20,000 nucleotides of DNA from Deltaproteobacteria bacterium (lineage in GTDB: Bacteria; Myxococcota; JACRCW01), in NCBI GenBank assembly GCA_016218805.1, contig JACRCW010000136.1, positions 49,539-69,538 of the forward strand. The letters are read 5' to 3'. Under the pieces are notes generated by a model that had not been told where the DNA came from, ran no database searches, and saw nothing but the letters and a program-made list of their open reading frames with translations. The translations under genes were made by a program, and so were the position numbers. Each line of letters begins with the position of its first letter. Positions within the stretch are counted from its first letter, which is position 1. This document shows positions 16,520 to 20,000 of this stretch, piece by piece.

Positions 16520-16716
16520 CCCGCACGCTGGTGCGGCTGTGGGGCGCGAGCCCGACGGGAGCGGTGTGTCTGGGGTTGGCGGCGGGCTTTGGCGTGTGGG
16601 CGGTTTCTGAGGTGTTCAGCGCGCGGATGGTGATGGCGGGGGTGTTGGGGGCAATAGCGGGTGGGCTGGTGGTGGCGGCGTTGGGGGCGTTTGTGGTTTC
16701 GGCGAAACGGTCGTAG
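16516..16716 (+). CDS. Small two-TM membrane protein (66 aa)
   Basis: GTG start overlaps the lipoprotein stop (GTGA). Two Gly-rich hydrophobic segments and a basic C-terminus (KRS). Confidence 0.55.
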   Translation: MTRTLVRLWGASPTGAVCLGLAAGFGVWAVSEVFSARMVMAGVLGAIAGGLVVAALGAFVVSAKRS

Positions 16717-16764
16717 TCCGGCGCCGTGCCTTCTGATTTCTGCACCACCTCCCACGGATGGCCC

Positions 16765-17238
16765 ATGACCGTGTTTCCCTCGCCCGACTCCGCTGTCACG
16801 GTTGCCACGCGCGCATGGCCTGGAGCCACACTGGTGGCCTTCAGCGCGCACGGCATGCACGCGGACGGTTCTCTCTCGTCGGACGCGCTGGTCTGTTTCC
16901 TGTTCCGTGCGGGGGGCGCGGTGCGCGCGCTGGCGTGGTCGGAATCGCGGTTCACGGTCTTGCCGCGGGGCCCGGTGCCGGATGAGTTGGTGCCTGAAGA
17001 AGCGTTGGGTCCGGTGGCGGCGGCGCCGGCGTTGGCGGCGGTGCTGTGCGGTCAGGCGGGGTTTGACGCGTGGGCGGGGCGGCCGGAGGACGCGTTGTGG
17101 GTGGGCGTGCGCGAAGGCCGCCGCGTGGCGATTCTCTCCACGGCGGGGTTCTTCACGTTGACGGTGGACGCGGTGGACCCCACGCAGGTGCTGAGCATGG
17201 ACTTTGAGCCGGTGCAGTTGCGTGCGGAGACGGTGTGA
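16765..17238 (+). CDS. Hypothetical protein
   Basis: Fills the gap with plausible codon usage and globular composition. Start uncertain (ATG 16765 or GTG 16726). Confidence 0.55.
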   Translation: MTVFPSPDSAVTVATRAWPGATLVAFSAHGMHADGSLSSDALVCFLFRAGGAVRALAWSESRFTVLPRGPVPDELVPEEALGPVAAAPALAAVLCGQAGFDAWAGRPEDALWVGVREGRRVAILSTAGFFTLTVDAVDPTQVLSMDFEPVQLRAETV

Positions 17239-17241
17239 CGG

Positions 17242-18000
17242 TCAGGGAGACCCGTAGGGATCATACGGGTCATACGACGTGACGGTGGGGCGGCGGCGGA
17301 ACGCCCAGAAGGCAATGAGCGCCGCCATCCCGATGACGGACAGCACGATCCACCAGGTGGCGCGGCTCCAGAAAGTCAGTGAATCCCGCAGCAGGATGGC
17401 GTCACGGTTTTCCGGGTAATAGACCAGGGCGGCGTCCACGGCTTCCTGGGCGGTCTTGGTTTCACCCTTTTCATAGGCAATCTGTGCCAGGCGGGTGAGC
17501 TTGAGGGAGGCGTCCTGTTCCTTGCGCGCGTCGGGGCTGCGGGCGGCGGCAATCTCGTAGTGCGCCAGCGCTTCTCCCAGGTTGGCCTTGTCCACGGCTA
17601 TCCGGGCGAGCGCGCGGTGCAGGTCAGCTTCCACGGGCTTGCGTTCCGGGAGGTCTCCTGCGACCTGCTTGGACAGTTCCAGCGCGTCATCAGCGGCTTT
17701 GAGGTCGCTCTTCTTGACGTGGTGGGCAGCGCACCGGATGTACGCATACCCGGCCTTCTGTTTGCGCTTCTTGAGGTCCTCGCCAATTTCACGCAGGCGG
17801 TCCAGGCGGGCGCACGTGTCCTTCCACTGTTTGGCCAGGTAGAAGTCATCCACCTGTTTCCACAGTTCCGCGGGCGTCTTGCCAAACGTGTTGGGGTCCT
17901 GCAGCGCGTATTCGTTGTCATCCTCATCCGCGCGGAGGGGGAGGGCGGCGCAGCACAGCGCCAGCGCCAGGCAGCCACCCACCAGGGCGGGGCGCTTCAT
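17242..18000 (-). CDS. Exported TPR-like protein with a C-terminal membrane anchor
   Basis: Signal peptide (MKRPALVGGCLALALCCAALPLRA), helical repeats (ALAHYEIA, AVDAALVYYPENRDA), TM helix WWIVLSVIGMAALIAFWAF followed by RRR. ATGA overlap with the recJ stop. Confidence 0.8.
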   Translation of the reverse strand: MKRPALVGGCLALALCCAALPLRADEDDNEYALQDPNTFGKTPAELWKQVDDFYLAKQWKDTCARLDRLREIGEDLKKRKQKAGYAYIRCAAHHVKKSDLKAADDALELSKQVAGDLPERKPVEADLHRALARIAVDKANLGEALAHYEIAAARSPDARKEQDASLKLTRLAQIAYEKGETKTAQEAVDAALVYYPENRDAILLRDSLTFWSRATWWIVLSVIGMAALIAFWAFRRRPTVTSYDPYDPYGSP

Positions 18001-19700
18001 GGCGCCGCTTCCCCGGCGGGGCGCCAGTCACGCACCTGCAGCTTCATCCGCCGCACGCCCTGCCACGTTTCCATGCGGGGCGTCATCAGGAAGTCCGCCG
18101 GTGCGGCCTGCATGGCGGCCGCGTCCGGACCCATGCGGAAGGCAATGGCGCGCGCGTTCCCGCCAAACCACAGTTGCAGGTGTTCGCCCGTCTTGCCGAC
18201 GGGGCGGACGTCCCTGACCGCGGTGCGCTCCACCAGGAAACACGGTTCCGCGTTGGACCGGCCAAACGGTGCCGCACGCGCCAGCGTTTCCACGGTCTGG
18301 TCCGTCAGCGCGGCCAGCGGCAGGACGCCGTCATGGTGGCTGCGCGGCAACAGGTCCTCCGGGGAGAGCACGGCCATTGCATGGGAATAGAATGCCTCAC
18401 GGAACGCGTCCACTTTTTTGGGGTCCACCCGCAGCCCCGCCGCGTGCGCATGTCCGCCAAATCCCTGCAGCAGTCCCGCATTCCGTGCCAGCGCGTCATG
18501 CAGGTGAAACGCTTCAATGGACCGGCCGCTGCCCTTGCCCCCCGCGCCGACGAGGATGGACGGCTTGTGGAACTGCTCCACCATCTTCTGTGCCGCAATG
18601 CCCACCACCCCCGGATGCCATTCCTCGTCATACAGGACCAGCGCGCGGGCGGCGGCGTGCGGCGGTTCCAGCGCGCGCGCCGCGGCGGTCTCCACCGTGC
18701 GCTTCTCCGTCTCCCGGCGTGTCCGGTTCTCCCCGTCCAGCACTGTGGCCAGCTCAGCCGCGCGGGCGGGGTCCGTGGCCAGCAACAGCTCCACGCCCAG
18801 CATGGCGTCCTGCAGGCGTCCTGCCGCGTTGATCCGCGGGGCCAGCTGGAACGCCACGTCCCCGGCCTCCGCCATGGCCAGATTCACGTTGGAGACCCGG
18901 GCCAGTTCGCGCACGCCCAGGCGGCGCGCCTGGCGCAGCACGCCCAGCCCCTGCGCCACCAGCACGCGGTTCTGGCCCGTCAACGGGACCAGGTCCGCAA
19001 TGGTGCCCAGCGTGACCAGATCCAGGTGTTCGCGCAGGTCCGGTTCCGCGGCGGCGGCACCGGTCCCGCGCAGCGCGGCGCGCAGCGCCACGGCGAGCAT
19101 GAACGTCACGCCCACCGCGCACAGCTGCTTGTAGGGGAAGGCGCAGTCCGGGCGGTGCGGGTTGAGCACCGCCACCGCGCGCGGCAGGGTCACCGGCACC
19201 GTGTGATGGTCTATGACAATGACGTCCATCCCGGCGTCCACGGCGGCCTGCACTTCCGAGTGCGCGGTGACGCCGCAGTCCAGCGTGATGAGCAACCGCG
19301 TCCCGCGCTCCGCGAACACCTTCACCGCGGCATGGTTCAGCCCGTACCCGTCCCGGACGCGGTGGGGGATGTAGAGAATTGGATTGATGCCGTAATGGCG
19401 CAGGACCTCGGTCAGCAGCGTGGTGGAAGTGACGCCGTCAACGTCGTAGTCACCGCAGAGGCCCACCGTTTCATGCTGCGCCACCGCGCGGGCCAGGCGT
19501 TCCACCGCCGCCGCCATGCCCGCCATGGAGCGCGGGTCCGCCAGGTCCGCCAGCCGGGGCGCCAGGAAGCGGGTGGCGTCGTCCGGGGAGCACAGTCCGC
19601 GGCGGGCCAGGTGCCCCGCCAGCAAAAGCGGGATGCCCAGCGCCGCGGCCAGCGCCGCCGCGTCCGTCTCTGCCGGTCTTTCAAGCCAACGCCGTCGCAT
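17997..19700 (-). CDS. recJ: Single-stranded DNA-specific exonuclease RecJ
   Basis: GDYDVDG, PHRVRDGYG, TLDCG, IDHH, GTIADLVPL, APRINAAGR, GSGRS and FGGHAHAAG motifs. Start at MRRRW. Confidence 0.97.
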   Translation of the reverse strand: MRRRWLERPAETDAAALAAALGIPLLLAGHLARRGLCSPDDATRFLAPRLADLADPRSMAGMAAAVERLARAVAQHETVGLCGDYDVDGVTSTTLLTEVLRHYGINPILYIPHRVRDGYGLNHAAVKVFAERGTRLLITLDCGVTAHSEVQAAVDAGMDVIVIDHHTVPVTLPRAVAVLNPHRPDCAFPYKQLCAVGVTFMLAVALRAALRGTGAAAAEPDLREHLDLVTLGTIADLVPLTGQNRVLVAQGLGVLRQARRLGVRELARVSNVNLAMAEAGDVAFQLAPRINAAGRLQDAMLGVELLLATDPARAAELATVLDGENRTRRETEKRTVETAAARALEPPHAAARALVLYDEEWHPGVVGIAAQKMVEQFHKPSILVGAGGKGSGRSIEAFHLHDALARNAGLLQGFGGHAHAAGLRVDPKKVDAFREAFYSHAMAVLSPEDLLPRSHHDGVLPLAALTDQTVETLARAAPFGRSNAEPCFLVERTAVRDVRPVGKTGEHLQLWFGGNARAIAFRMGPDAAAMQAAPADFLMTPRMETWQGVRRMKLQVRDWRPAGEAAP

Positions 19701-19902
19701 CTGCCCCGCACCTTCCCCGACAGACACCCTATCCCCGACGAGAGACCCGCGCCACGCTTCCCGCCCCGCATTCCGTGGCGGTTGGGGGGCGGCCAGCCCG
19801 GGCCGGTCCGCGGTGGCGCTGCGCAGGGACGGGCGTCGCCGGCCTCTTGACCGTCGTGCTAATCCCAAAAGAAGCGTGACCCCGCGCGAAATCACCGATC
19901 AA

Positions 19903-19971
19903 ACTTGAAAAGCCTCCGATAATCCAAGCTCACAGCGACGTGGCTTGAGGCCACCGGAGGGCTTTTCAAGT
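19903..19971. repeat. Long imperfect inverted repeat / stem-loop
   Basis: ACTTGAAAAGCC-TCCG (19903-19918) pairs with CGGAGGGCTTTTCAAGT (19955-19971) with one bulge. Inner stem CAAGCtCAC/GTGGCTTG. Confidence 0.8.
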
Positions 19972-20000
19972 GAACAAGACCATACGCGACAAGTTGCGCA

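Noticed and set aside
19701..19895. 65-aa N-terminal extension of RecJ
   Set aside because: Low-complexity sequence. RecJ-like sequence begins at MRRRW (19700).

Overview
High-GC (roughly 70% by eye) bacterial chromosome segment whose gene content looks myxobacterial (Myxococcota-like; inference). Housekeeping genes are accA, rnz, nrdR-ribD, recJ, an orphan LivJ-type ABC binding lipoprotein, a GNAT and a TlpA-like thioredoxin. They are interspersed with signalling genes (a zinc-ribbon/tandem-FHA protein and a membrane Ser/Thr kinase) and an Rpn/YhgA-family nuclease with an apparent internal RpnS start. The most interesting element is an apparent operon at about 12.3-17.2 kb. It encodes an ECF sigma factor, a zinc-binding membrane anti-sigma factor, an exported caspase-like (C14) protease with an EF-hand loop and a predicted 8-stranded outer-membrane beta-barrel, a lipoprotein and two small unknowns. 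A shared R-x-K-G-G motif lies both in the protease linker after the catalytic Cys and just outside the anti-sigma membrane helix, suggesting a proteolytic trans-envelope signalling system. No rRNA, tRNA or CRISPR array was seen. All calls are by eye; no searches were run.
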